Shown here one piece after another: positions 39,651 through 52,207 of a stretch of DNA of 64,000 bases. Each line of letters begins with the position of its first letter. Position 1 is the stretch's first letter. Origin of the DNA: Octopus sinensis (lineage: Eukaryota); NCBI RefSeq assembly GCF_006345805.1, contig NC_043000.1:100006001-100070000 (forward strand), read 5' to 3'. Under the pieces are notes generated by a model. The model ran no database searches and was not told the DNA's origin. It worked only from the letters and a program-made list of their open reading frames with translations. Position numbers and translations under genes: made by a program.

Positions 39651-40409
39651 AAATATATCGCTGTTGTTGGTAGCTGTCATTGTTGATATTGGAGATGTTT
39701 TATTCAACATCGATAGCCATCTACACCCAACGAACAGCACCAATACCCGACGCTGATCAACGACTGCTAACTACATTATTACAATAAGCAAACAACACGA
39801 CTAGCCAAACCCCAACCAGCCCTACAGCTAGCACCACCACCACCAATACCACCACCACCACCAGCAAAGCTTCTACCAACAACAGCACCAGTATCAACTT
39901 CACAATCATCATCATCATCATCAGCGTCATCATCGGCATCATCACCTTCACTGTTACTACTATCAGTGTTATCACTATCATTGTCACTATAAACCAAACC
40001 AGCAGCACCACTACCACCACCACCACCACCACCACCACCATCATCATCATCCTCATCATCATCATCAACATCATAATAATCATCATCAACACTACCGTCA
40101 TTACAAATATTACCATCATTAGCAACTCTACCCTAACACTGATCCCTCTACTACCATCACCACCAACACCACTACAACAACAACAGCAACAACCAGTCCA
40201 CCAATACGACCACTACTACCATCACTAATATCAACAACATTGTTATCTCCACCACCACCAAGACTATCAACGATCCCAACCCAACACCACCACTACCACC
40301 ATCATCACCATCACCACTGGATTTGCTACTCCTGCCAGTACAACAAACATACCGCCAAATTCTTCCATACCACCGTCGCTATGTCTGTAAGCAATGCCAA
40401 GAAGAAAGT

Positions 40410-40521
40410 ACCTTTTCGTGGTTCGAGGTCTCTTCACCTGCAAGAAATAGCAACCAAATCTACTTCAAATCACACCCTACTGCCTTGAAAGAAAGGAAAG
40501 ACATCTTCGATAATGTAGTTC

Positions 40522-40563
<42 letters not shown>

Positions 40564-40685
40564 GGAAGAGAGAGACTGTTTATAAAAAAGTAAAAATGAG
40601 GAATGGTGCTAGTCATGGCTGGAATGTCTTTTTTATTATTAAAGGTCTGTTTAGATCATGGCTGGCTTGGGGCTAAACAACTTCA
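40410..40685 (-). repeat. Old dispersed repeat family D
   Basis: ...AAATCACACCCTAC...GTCATGGCTGGAATG...GGGGCTAAACAAC; related copies near 33560-33960, 44400-44610, 45340-45540, 55080-55490, 56890 and 58870. Confidence 0.6.
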
Positions 40686-41538
40686 ACTATAACAGTACTG
40701 TTACCACTGCCGCCACCGCCGCTGCCACCCTCAAAACATAACTACTAACTCCACCCGCAGAAGCAACACCATCACACCACCACCATTACCACCACTACCA
40801 CCACCACAACAACAACAACACCCACAACACCCCCATTGCCACCACTTATACTACAACCACCACTACCACCACCACCAGCGTTATACTTCACCACAAAAAC
40901 CACTACCACCACTAACATAACCGCCACCACCGCGAACAATAACACAACTTCCCCTGTCACCACCATTATTACTACCATTACTGCTACAAGTAGCATCAAC
41001 TCCATCATCACTATAAATACCACCACTGTCATTTACAAAACTACCACCACCACCACCATCACCACCACCACCACCACCACCACCACCATCACCACCACCA
41101 CCATCACCACTACCACCACACCATCAACGTCACCATTGATACTACTGTTTCTGTCATCACAACTGTCACCACTACCCCTACCACCACCACTAACACACAA
41201 CCACTACTACCACACCACTAGCACCACACTACCACTACCGCTACTACTCCAACCGTTATCACAACCCCCAAACCACCACCATCGCCGTCGCCGCCGCCAC
41301 CGACGCTGCCACCACTACCACCATTAACACCAACACGTAAGTCATCATTGATACCATTGCTTGTCATCGAAATTGTCACCGCTACCACCACCACCACCAC
41401 CACCACAATGATATTCCCACTATCGTCATCACTGCCACATATCACCCTGTGACCATCAACAATACATCATCGTCAGCATCATTGTCATTATCAGCAGCAG
41501 CAGCAACAACGATAACAGCAGCAAACACAATCACTTAC

Positions 41539-41548
41539 CGGCTTCCAT
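41539..41548 (-). CDS. Candidate start-codon exon end (ATG GAA GCC G|GTAAGT) of a minus-strand gene
   Basis: Consensus donor at 41538-41533 ten bases after an ATG, at the end of a long repeat-rich, SINE-free UTR-like stretch. Confidence 0.3.
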
Positions 41549-42382
41549 AATAACAGTGGCAGCAGCAACAACAACAGCAGTAACCACAGCTGTAGTAATA
41601 GTAGCAGCAATAACAGCAGCAGGAGAAACAGCAGCAGCAGCAGTGACAGCAGCAGCAACAGCAGCGGTAGTAACAGCAGCAGTGGTATTAGCGGCAGCAG
41701 CCGCAGCGGCGGCCAAAGAAGAAACGAAAGAAGAAAAAAGAAAAGAAAAAAATAACTGCCAAAAAAATTCTTTCAAAAAAGCCAACACAAACATCACCAC
41801 CACCACCACCACCACCACCACCTCAAACAACAACAACAACAACAGCAACATCGCAATAGCAACTACAACTACAACAGGAAGAGTATCAGCAAGTGCTATC
41901 AACTCACATCGCTCTCCCTTACAATTTCGTCCCCGCCTCCAGCCACACTGGAAACATGTGAACCATTTCCGAGTAAGAACAAACCCACCACTACAAACAC
42001 CACCACCACCACCACCACCACCATTATTATCGCTTAATCATGAAACAACAACAACAACAACAGCAACAACCAACTGTAGCGGCTAACTCAGCAACAACAC
42101 CAACAACAACAGCAGTAACGGAACCAACAAAGCTATTATCCGTCAGTAAAACATTATCCGTACAAAACCTCATCCGTCCTCATTGAAGCATGCTCATGGT
42201 CTTTGGAAAACACCTCCGTCCGCTGCCTTCCCCTCCTTCTTCCTCTTCCTCCTCTTCCTCTTCTTTCTGTCTCACCCTTATTCTCTCTCTCTCTCTTTCT
42301 CTCTCTCTCTCCCTCTCTCTCGTAAATCGGCAACAACGAATGGTATAGTATAGTAAAAACACCAGCAACATTATCAACAATA

Positions 42383-42415
<33 letters not shown>

Positions 42416-43524
42416 GAACTAGCAGTCTCAACGACAGCAGCAGCAACATAAAAAAAATGAAATAGTAAATTATATATATACATAAACAGTCATATATATA
42501 TATATATATATATATGTAAATAGATGTATATGTGAACATGGCCTTCTCTACGTCAGCACTTAAAAGTTTGAGGGTGTATATCTGTTTGTGTATATAAAAA
42601 GGAAGGAACCAGCTTTCTTCGGATGTCATTCTCTCTTCATTGCAAGGAGGCACAAGAATATACCGGAGGACAACAAGAACAAGACCAACGCTAACGAGAA
42701 TGACAACAAAAAACAAATAATTAAGAATAAGAACAAGAACCAAAGACAACCACGAACTGGAATCGAACTGTAAATGACACCACCATCCAACACCTTTATT
42801 ACGTCCAAACCGCAAGAAGACGGGAAAAAAAAACGAAGTTGTCATCATCATAATCAGCAACAATAACAAATGTGATGACAAACGAAAAACAAAGGAATTT
42901 TTTCCCCCTATTAATATAAGTGATAGAGGTTATTAATTGTTAATTAACTTGATTTCATCATTGGCACGCAATTTTACTGTTGATAATATTTTCGTGTCTT
43001 ATATTTCTGATAAAAAGGAGAGAGAAAAAGGGAATATACATAGATTTGTGTATATGCGTGTATATTACTTTGTGTGTATATATGTATATATATACATATA
43101 CTGACATACAGCCACAAAGGAAAGAGATATAAAAACCGTACTCAGCACATGTTATAGTGTTTATATTTATTAAGAATCCGATAGTGAGTTGCAGCGTTGA
43201 TGTTACTCAGAGATTCAGCCTACACGTTCAAGCAATATTTTTTGTGATATATATATGCACACACATACACACACACACAATATTGACAACCAAACACAAG
43301 CAAAGAAGAAATAAGTGAAAAAAAGTAAGAAGCGAAGAATTCAGGAACAGAAAATTCGAAGAACCACTAAACAAACAAAGGATATATATAATATATATAT
43401 ATATATATAAACATATATATATATATGAATATATAGATATAAGTACCCGGAAAACTGAATTTTGTGCTTTATTTGCCGTTAAATCGCAAGAATGTTTTCT
43501 AAAATTGACAGTATTCATATAACC

Positions 43525-43575
43525 ATGTCGAACTTCTGCCTTCTACTTCTTGGAGTATTGGTATTTCATATACAG
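43525..43575 (+). CDS. Candidate first coding exon encoding a signal-peptide-like MSNFCLLLLGVLVFHIQ
   Basis: AACC-ATG context, 17 codons with a hydrophobic core, perfect phase-0 donor CAG|GTAAGT (43576); TATAAAA at 43128. Confidence 0.5.
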
Positions 43576-43749
43576 GTAAGTCACATTTTATAAAGTACTT
43601 TGTATACAGCGTGTATGTGTGAGTATTATTTTTATTTTGGTAGAGTCAATTCCTGGCAACTCGGAGTTTTGCCCGTGGGAACATAAGGCCTTAAGACAAA
43701 TTACGGTTCTTTCTTCTGACAATCAAGACTACGCGGATATATATATATA

Positions 43750-44090
43750 CTTGTTTCCTTTCACTCGACAGAGGCTACGCAGGGGCACTGTCTTTAAGGG
43801 TTTAGTCAATCAAATTGCTTCCTAGTTCTCACATTAAGCCGGGTACTTATTCTACAGCCGTATGGTCAAACACTAAGATTCACATACACACACATACATG
43901 TATACACAAATGACGGGCTTCTACATAATTTCCCTCCGTTAAATTCACGAAGTAACTCACAAACCATTGGTCGGCGCGAGGCTGTATTAGAAGACACTTG
44001 TTCAAGTTGCCACGCGGTGGGAGTGAACCCCAAAGCCACGTGGTTCGAAAGCGAACTTCTTAACAACGTAGCCATAACCATGCCTGCACA
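43750..44090 (-). mobile_element. SINE family A, diverged
   Basis: GACGGGCTTCT...GAAGACACTTGTTCAAG..GCCACGCGGTGGGA. Confidence 0.7.
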
Positions 44091-44619
44091 CACACACACA
44101 CACACACACGCACACACACGCACACACACACACACAAACAGACACACACATATAAACAGACAACCTCGTTATCATAACGTGGGAGAGCACTTCATGGATA
44201 CTCGACCTGTTGCAAATCGCATATAAGTTCTCAATGAATTATACAGTCGTTTTAAATTGAAGCATTAGATACACGAAACTCTTTCTGTCTGTCGCTTTTT
44301 TTTAACTATGTAAAGACGGAATGACCACTACTACAACGTTGTTGATCGAATATATGCTCATGCAACAATAAATATATAAGAACACGAAGTAACAAAAGAG
44401 CCAGTACGTGGTTGTTTAATCTGTTAGAAAGGGCGGCTAAATATTCGTCGAATTATAGCCTACCAGCGTAAATAAAATAGACGGGCGTATTGGGTAATCA
44501 AGTACTTTTTACACCGTTCCTAAAAATCTATGAAAGAAACGGGTTGGTCACGATTGGAACAGCTCTGATTAGAGGTCTACTTGATAAGAGTTCTGGCGCT
44601 AAAACAATAGCAAGCACCA

Positions 44620-45006
44620 CTGTGAAGTCGTTCTTGAGCGTGTAGATTCGTTAGGCCGGGAGTTTGACTCGATTTCTATAGCGTTCAAACGCTTAGGAGT
44701 ACAACACTTTCCAACATTAAACGAGTAGCCAAATTCGTTGCAGGGTTAACCTCACCCCCAACTCTTGCTGGTACTCATTTTCAGTTGAATGGACTGTATA
44801 CTCTCTCTTTTACTTGTTTCAGTCATTTGACTGCGGCCATGCTGGAGCACCACCTGTAGTCGAGCAAATCGACCCCAGAGCTTATTCTTTGTAAGCCTAG
44901 TACTTATTCTACAGGTGTCTTTTGCCGAACAACTAAGTTACGGGGACGTAAACACACCAACATCGGTTGTCAAGCGATGTTGGGGTGACAAACACAGACT
45001 CACAAA

Positions 45007-45046
<40 letters not shown>

Positions 45047-45320
45047 TATATACGACGGGCTTCTTTCAGTTTCCTTCTACTAAATCCACTCAGAAGTCTT
45101 CGGTCGACCCGAGGGATATAGTAGAAGACACTTGCCCAAAGTGTCACACAGTGAGACTGAACCCGGGACCATGAGGCTGGTAAGCAAGCTACCTACCACA
45201 CAGCCACTCCTACGAAAGTCTTTTGCTCAAGAAATCAACAGCTCACCTGTTCCCGGAATCGAACTCGCGACTACGATTACGAGCCTAGCACTCTAACCAC
45301 TAGGTTCCGCACCTTCACAC
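44620..45320 (-). mobile_element. SINE family C-like element interrupted by a young SINE A (44801-45213)
   Basis: tRNA head at 45215-45320 (GGAATCGAACTC, CTAACCACTAGG); body resumes at 44800. Confidence 0.7.
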
Positions 45321-45544
45321 CACTTCTTGAGAATGTTGCTTCACGGTCAGCAGGTCTGCAAAAATTAGCAGTGAAATCTCCCTCAATTTTTACCCATGCT
45401 TAATAAACAAGAGGCTTTTTAAAATGGATAATGTTGTCCCAGATACACTATACTTGGAAATGGGACAGCGATCATGCCTGCAACAACTTTGGAAGCATCA
45501 GCAGAGAAACGAATTACAACAACAATAAAACTTTTCTGAAACAG

Positions 45545-45686
45545 GCATTGCAGTGCAGTAAAAAGTTTGTTTCCCAACCACATGATTCCAGGTTTAGTTC
45601 CTTTGTGAGGAATCTTGGGCAGGTATCTTCTATAACAGTCTTAGGCCGACCAAAGCCTTTTAAGTGGATTTGGTAGACGGGAACAG

Positions 45687-45736
<50 letters not shown>

Positions 45737-45905
45737 CGCGCGTGTCTGTATGTTTGTGTCTGTTCAAATTCACCGCTTGACAACCGGTATTGCTTTGTTT
45801 ACGTAGCCGTAACTTAGCGATCCACCGAAAACGACAGGTGAAATAAGTGATAGACATTTTAAAAATAAGTACTAGCTCGATTTGTTCGAATAAAACCCCC
45901 AACAT
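45545..45905 (+). mobile_element. SINE family A, diverged
   Basis: CTTGGGCAGGTATCTTCTA...GGATTTGGTAGACGG. Confidence 0.75.
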
Positions 45906-46057
45906 AGCCGCAAACAGTTAGTAGAGAGGCAAATAAATCACTGGACAGCTACATTAGTTCCATTCTTCAGTATTTCGGGTTCGAATCACACTAATTGAAC
46001 AAACTTTGTTACCAACTCTTACTTACGACAAATAACTGCTTTCTAAAATCGACCAGT

Positions 46058-46525
46058 TGTCTTGTATTTGTATCAGTCATTGGATTGCAGCCACGCTGGG
46101 GTAGCGCCTTGAAAAGTTTTCGTCGAACAGATTGCACCGGTACTTATCTTAAAGTCTCATACTTATTCTATCGGTATGTTTTGCTGAGCCGCTACATCAT
46201 GAGGACACAAGCAATTCAATAGTGGTCGACGAGCGTTGGGGTAGACAGACACAAACGCAAAAATACACTCACACATACATGCAAACACACATACACACAC
46301 ATACATGCACACACACACATACACATGTATGTATATATATACATGCATGTATGTATGTATGTATGTATGTATGTATGTATGTATGTATGCATGCATGCAC
46401 GTATATATTCGGCGGGTTTCCACAGAACTCCAGTCTACCAAATTCTATCACAAGGCACTCGTTCGGGGGCATAGTAGAAAATACTTACCCTAGGCAACGT
46501 ACCATGAGACTGAACTCAAAGCCAG
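46058..46525 (-). mobile_element. SINE family A, diverged
   Basis: TACTTATTCTATCGG...GTCTACCAAAT...CACAAGGC. Confidence 0.7.
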
Positions 46526-46799
46526 CTTAAATATTTCCATTCCAACAGAGCAGATAAAAGCAAAATGTACTAATGTTATGTAGCAGAGTATTTATTCAGC
46601 AGTTCTATTTTTTTTCAGCTTCCCTACTTGTAAGTTCAATTATTAGTATTGCTAATTAATTTGCGAAATTATTACTTTACTAATATCAATACATTGACTA
46701 TTTGTTTGTGATGGGTGGGTATAGGGCGATGTTAACATTTATTGTTATTATTCGTGATGGTCTTTTGTACACCGAAAGGAAAGTGTTAAAGTCTAAACA

Positions 46800-46904
46800 G
46801 AATGTACATATACAAACATACAAACACACACACACAAATGCATGTGTGCGTGTATATACATGTGTATGTGTATATAAGTATATACATGCGTGTATACATA
46901 CACA

Positions 46905-46952
<48 letters not shown>

Positions 46953-47008
46953 GTATACATGCGTGTATACATACACATCTATATATATATATACGTATAT
47001 ATATATGC

Positions 47009-47039
<31 letters not shown>

Positions 47040-47212
47040 CATATATATACAGATATATATACATATATATATACACACACACACATATATATATATATCT
47101 ACAGATATATATATACATATACATACATATATACACATATATACACATATATACATACGCGCACACACACACATATATATACGTATATATATATGCATAT
47201 ATATATATATAC

Positions 47213-47286
<74 letters not shown>

Positions 47287-47605
47287 TGTATGTATGTATG
47301 TATCTTGCCTTCGAACGTGGAGTAGTTGAAACAGGGACAGCTGAAGAAGAGGAATATTCTTTATGCTGTATGTCTCTTTTATTTGTTTGTTTTTTTATTC
47401 GTTGTTCGAAAAAAAGTTCGTTTCTATGTTTTTGTTTTTATGTTTTCGTTTCTCATTGTGTTCAACGTTTCTTTGATGTACTGTACCCATATATGCATGT
47501 ATATATACGTATATACGTAGGTATGTACATATATGTATGTATATATGCATATATATTTATATATTATTTATATTATTATATATATAGATATGTATATATA
47601 TGGAT

Positions 47606-47659
<54 letters not shown>

Positions 47660-47800
47660 GTATAAACATATATACACAAATATAAAACATACATATATAT
47701 TTATATATACATATAAATAAACATATATATATATACATATAAATAAGCATATATATATATATATAAACATACATATATATATATACACACACACACATAT

Positions 47801-47849
<49 letters not shown>

Positions 47850-48460
47850 ACATGCATATATATACATATAAAAATACATATATATAAATATACTTATAAA
47901 CGTACATATATATACGCATAAATATATATATATATATACATATAAATACGTATATATACATATAAACATGTATATGTACATATAAGCATATTTATGTACA
48001 TACATATTTATGTATATACATATATTTATGTATATACATATGTATACGTATAGTTGTATATATGCATGCATATATGTATATAGATATATATCCATATATA
48101 TATGTGCGTGTGTGTATATATATTAATATATGCATATATGTTTATATGTATATATATGTATATATATGCATATATAAATGTATATATATATACATATGAT
48201 TATATGTACATATAAGCATATTTATGTACATATAATCATATGTATATATATATACATTTATATATGCATATATATACATATATATACATATAAACATATA
48301 TGCATATATTAATATATATACACACACGCACATATATATATGGATATATATCTATATACATATATGCATGCATATATACAACTATACGTATACATATGTA
48401 TATACATACATATACATTGTATATATATATAATAAATATATGTGTGTGTATTTATATATA
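46800..48460. repeat. Long AT/AC dinucleotide mosaic containing a ~380-bp palindrome (48027-48408)
   Basis: Arms 48027-48212 and 48223-48408 are reverse complements. Confidence 0.9.
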
Positions 48461-49647
48461 TATTGGGTCATCCCCAAAATAATGCGGTTTTTTAATGCCT
48501 CTTTTAGTTTTGAAAATTAAGATAATCAAAGTTCGTTCTTAATCTAAAATATACAATCCTTCTATGTGGTAGTCTTGCAAGGCCCCTTTTCTAAAATTCA
48601 CTTGTCCGTAACGAGAAATACTTCTTCAATATTGTTCTGACTTCGTCTATAGAATTCATATATTTTCTGAACAAATGATTTTGAAGATTGTGGAACAAAT
48701 AATAATCACATGAGGTAATGTCCGGCGAATATGGTGGGTGGGGCATCACTTCCCATTGAAACTATTCCAGCCTTTGGAGTGTCATCCTCGCTGTATGTGA
48801 CCGAGCAGTATCCTGATGGAAGAATACCTTTCGTTTTGAAACCAAAGATGGTCGTTTTTCTTCTAGAGCTGACTTAAGCCGCTCGAGCTCCTTGCAGTAG
48901 ATCTCCTTTATTATAATTTGGTTTGGGTTTAAAAGTTCAAAGTGGAACAAATCTTTCATATCTCACCAAATAAATAACATCTTACGTGGGTGAAGACCTT
49001 CTTCAGCCTGTGGTGCCAGTGTTTCTCCTTCCCTTACCCACTGTCTTTGGCGCTTCACATTTTTATAGAGAACCTATTTCTCATTACCTGTTACTGTTCG
49101 CTCCAAAAATGGTTCATTTGTGAGATGTGACAGCAAAGGATCGATGGGCCACGCTTTCGCGGTCCGTATTCGTACTGAAAATCGAGATCGAGCGAGCTTG
49201 TGAGGAAGCCATTGATCCAATTTGCTGATTTTTCCGATGGGACGCAGGTGTCGATGAATGGTTGAATTACGAAATCTAAGCTTTTGTTCCACCAGGGTTT
49301 GCAGGACGTCTTCGCCAAGCTCTACAAATCTTCTGGCTCGAAATTTCTGGAACCACCGTTGACACTGGTTTACGCTTATTGTCCGATCCCCATATACTGC
49401 ATTAATATTCCACGTTGTTGCTTTCATTGAACTCATGCAGCAAAAAATGCCAGATATGCTCCTTTGTCACTTCTATTACAGCTTTGAAAAAAGTTTTTAA
49501 TCAAACTGCACGCTTCAAAACTTGCACTAAGAATAAGGACAAGGTGAAATTACTACGTCCTTTTATAGCAAGTAGATTATCCCGGTCTCCTCCGACTTTT
49601 GGTTCATGCAATTGAAAAAACCGCATTATTTATGGGATGACCCAATA
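48461..49647 (-). mobile_element. Near full-length degenerate mariner with both TIRs
   Basis: TA-TTGGGTCATCCCCAAAATAATGCGGTTTTTT / AAAAAACCGCATTATTTATGGGATGACCCAA-TA; QWLPHKL, VTGNEK, HQDTARSH, YSPDITSCDYYLF. Confidence 0.92.
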
Positions 49648-49845
49648 TATACACACACACTCACATACTCATGCATTTAGTAATGACTGCAGCGATGTTG
49701 GGACATCACCTTGAAGGAATCCAAACGCCGTTCTTGACCTCAACGGTCAGCGATTCATATCTATAGCTGAACTTAAAAAACAAACACAAATACGGTTATT
49801 TTTTATAGTCTCAAGCTTAAAGCTATATAGTGATAAGTATCTGAG

Positions 49846-49876
<31 letters not shown>

Positions 49877-50282
49877 CACACACACACACACAGACACACA
49901 CACACACACACAGACACACACACACACACACAATGGGCTCCTTTAGTATTCATTTAGAAGGCAATCGTCGGCCCGAAGGATATTGTAAAAGACTTGCCAA
50001 AAATTCCCCGCATTTGGATGGACGCCAAGGGCACGTGGTTACGAATCGAAGATTTTAGCCACCGATCCATATATATATGTATATAACAAAAGAGTGGGAT
50101 GTTTCCACACAGGAAAAAATATAGGAAAGGTCCATTTCAACAACACATTTTCCTATATATATATACACACACACACACACACATATATATACATGTATAT
50201 ATGTATGTATATATATGTATACATATATATACATATATATACACACACATATTTATATATATATACATTTATATATATGCGC

Positions 50283-50313
<31 letters not shown>

Positions 50314-50580
50314 CACACATGCATATATATATATATATATAACAATTAAGGATAAAATCTTAATAAGAAATCTTAACAATAAATTATCAGGTAGTTAGCG
50401 TGAAAAACCTCATAAGAGAAAAAATCTGAAAATTTTTCACTTGAAAATATTTATTTATATTATATGGAGGGTATTATTACACATAAATGCCACACGCTAG
50501 GAGGGACTTTCAAAGTCATTACTACCAAAAATAAACGAATCGTACCGAATGCAGCTCTCGAAGCAAGACATTCAAAAACA

Positions 50581-50655
50581 GAATTTAGTTCCAGATCACC
50601 TGTGATTTCGCAATTAACGTATTATCTACGTCTTTTGTTCATCAGTGAAACATTC
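50581..50655 (-). ncRNA. Type I hammerhead ribozyme motif (left arm)
   Basis: Mirror of 50698-50774. Confidence 0.7.
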
Positions 50656-50697
50656 AAAACATCAAAAATCAAAAAAATCTTATTTTTGATATGTTTT

Positions 50698-50774
50698 GAA
50701 TATGTTTCACTGATGAACAAAAGACGTAGATAATACGTTAATTGCGAAATCACAGGTGATCTGGAACTAAATTC
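50698..50774 (+). ncRNA. Type I hammerhead ribozyme motif (right arm)
   Basis: Stem I GUUUCA/UGGAAC extended by GAAU/AUUC; CUGAUGA 50710-50716; stem II CAA..ACGUA-gauaa-UACGU..UUG; GAAA 50746-50749; stem III UCAC-ag-GUGA; predicted cut after AUC 50761. Confidence 0.75.
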
Positions 50775-50988
50775 TGTTTTTGAATGTCTTGCTTCGAGAG
50801 CTGCATTCGGTACGATTCGTTTATTTTTGGTAGTAATGACTTTGAAAGTCCCTCCTAGCGTGTGGCATTTATGTGTAATAATGCCCTCTATATAATATAT
50901 ATATATATATATATCTATATATATATATATATATATATATATTCACACCTACAAATATACATATATATATACATATATACACGCTACT

Positions 50989-51047
50989 GGTAACCTGTAA
51001 CGTAGTGCAACCTGTCGCATTGTCGGGTCGTCGGCGACTAAACTAGC
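50989..51047 (+). ncRNA. Degenerate HDV-like ribozyme fold at the 5' end of a probable RTE-type LINE fragment (to ~51160)
   Basis: P2 UAGU/ACUA, P3 (U)GC/GC(A) closing loop AACCUGUC, GG for P1.1, P4 UCG-ucgg-CGA, J4/2 C-U-A-A; P1 weak. Confidence 0.45.
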
Positions 51048-51158
51048 AAGCCTAGCAACCTTGCTTGGTGAGGAGGGGAACTGTTAGGCACCCTGCAGGA
51101 TGAAAATTAGACCCGCCAAAGGGTAAAGGTACTCATGAGTAGTCAACGGCCATTCAAC

Positions 51159-51207
<49 letters not shown>

Positions 51208-51234
51208 ACTATCTATCTATCTATCTATTCGTGT

Positions 51235-51590
51235 ACTAGTTTCAATTATTTGATTGCAGCCATAGGGCAACGCCTTGAAGGCTTTAGTCAAACAAATCCA
51301 TCCTAGTACTCATTTCTAAGTATCAGTACTCAAAAATAAGTACTGGTATTAATTATATAGGTTTTTTTGCTGAACTGCAAAGTTTCGGTTGGTAAACGAA
51401 ACAACCCCGGTTGATAAGGTGTGGTGGCGGATAAACTCACGCGTGCACGCGCGCACACACACACAGATCCACTCACATGGTTTTGGTTGGCTGGGGGCAA
51501 TAATATAAGACACTCAAGCTTCTTCGCAGTGGAACTGAACCCAAAACTATGTACCTGGGTTGCAAACTTTTTACTACAAAGCCACATATA
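51235..51590 (-). mobile_element. SINE family A, diverged
   Basis: GCCTTGAAGG..TAGTC...ATCCACTCACA...CGCAGTGGAACTGAACCC. Confidence 0.65.
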
Positions 51591-51592
51591 TA

Positions 51593-51628
<36 letters not shown>

Positions 51629-51654
51629 TGTATGTATGTATGTATTTGTGTATG

Positions 51655-52076
51655 TAAGATCCAAGGATCGAGTTGTAGGAAGAAGGTTAGCTTCAAATAT
51701 ACCGTAGAAAATTTAAAAACAACTTTCAGGAACAATAATAGTTTATCGAAGCGGAAAGCTGTGGAGTTTTTCTGTATCGAAGTATGGTAAGCTGAAAAAA
51801 ATATTTTATATTTCACGGTAGGCCGCCAGAGTCGCCAGGTATGCGAATAAAATTCAAGAATTAAGGAATGGAGTGGATAATATGCGGGCTATATATGTTT
51901 CATAGCGAGCGGAACCTCAGAAGTGGTAAATATCCAAGCGAGGTGTATATCGCAGGCTACTCTTCAGGCCAGGGGTATCTCGATTAAACGAGTTAGCTTG
52001 GATATCCACCTCTTCCGACGTTCCGCTCGCTATGAAACATGTAACCCGAATATTATGCAACCCATTTCTTAACTCT

Positions 52077-52078
<2 letters not shown>
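51655..52078 (-). mobile_element. Second Penelope-like inverted-repeat element with hammerhead-like core
   Basis: Arms 51855-51939 / 51996-52078; minus strand GGC-CUGAAGA-GUAGC...GCUAU-GAAA-CAUA-UA. Confidence 0.6.
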
Positions 52079-52147
<69 letters not shown>

Positions 52148-52207
52148 GGCGGTGCATCAGCATGGCCGCAGCTCTGAGCTGAAACAAGCAAAATATATAT
52201 ATATATA

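Larger units (their letters stand above)
39760..42130. repeat. Strand-biased CAC/CAT/CAA/CAG trinucleotide domain
   Basis: Direct reading; C/A-rich on the + strand for more than 2 kb. Confidence 0.9.
50341..50895. mobile_element. Penelope-like terminal repeats in head-to-head palindromic arrangement, inserted in (TA)n
   Basis: ~50458-50670 is the near-perfect reverse complement of ~50682-50895; the left arm extends a further ~120 bp. Confidence 0.7.

Noticed and set aside
40836-42086. Mucin-like Thr/Pro/Ala-rich plus-strand ORFs
   Set aside because: Non-ATG starts and microsatellite composition; frames are open on both strands
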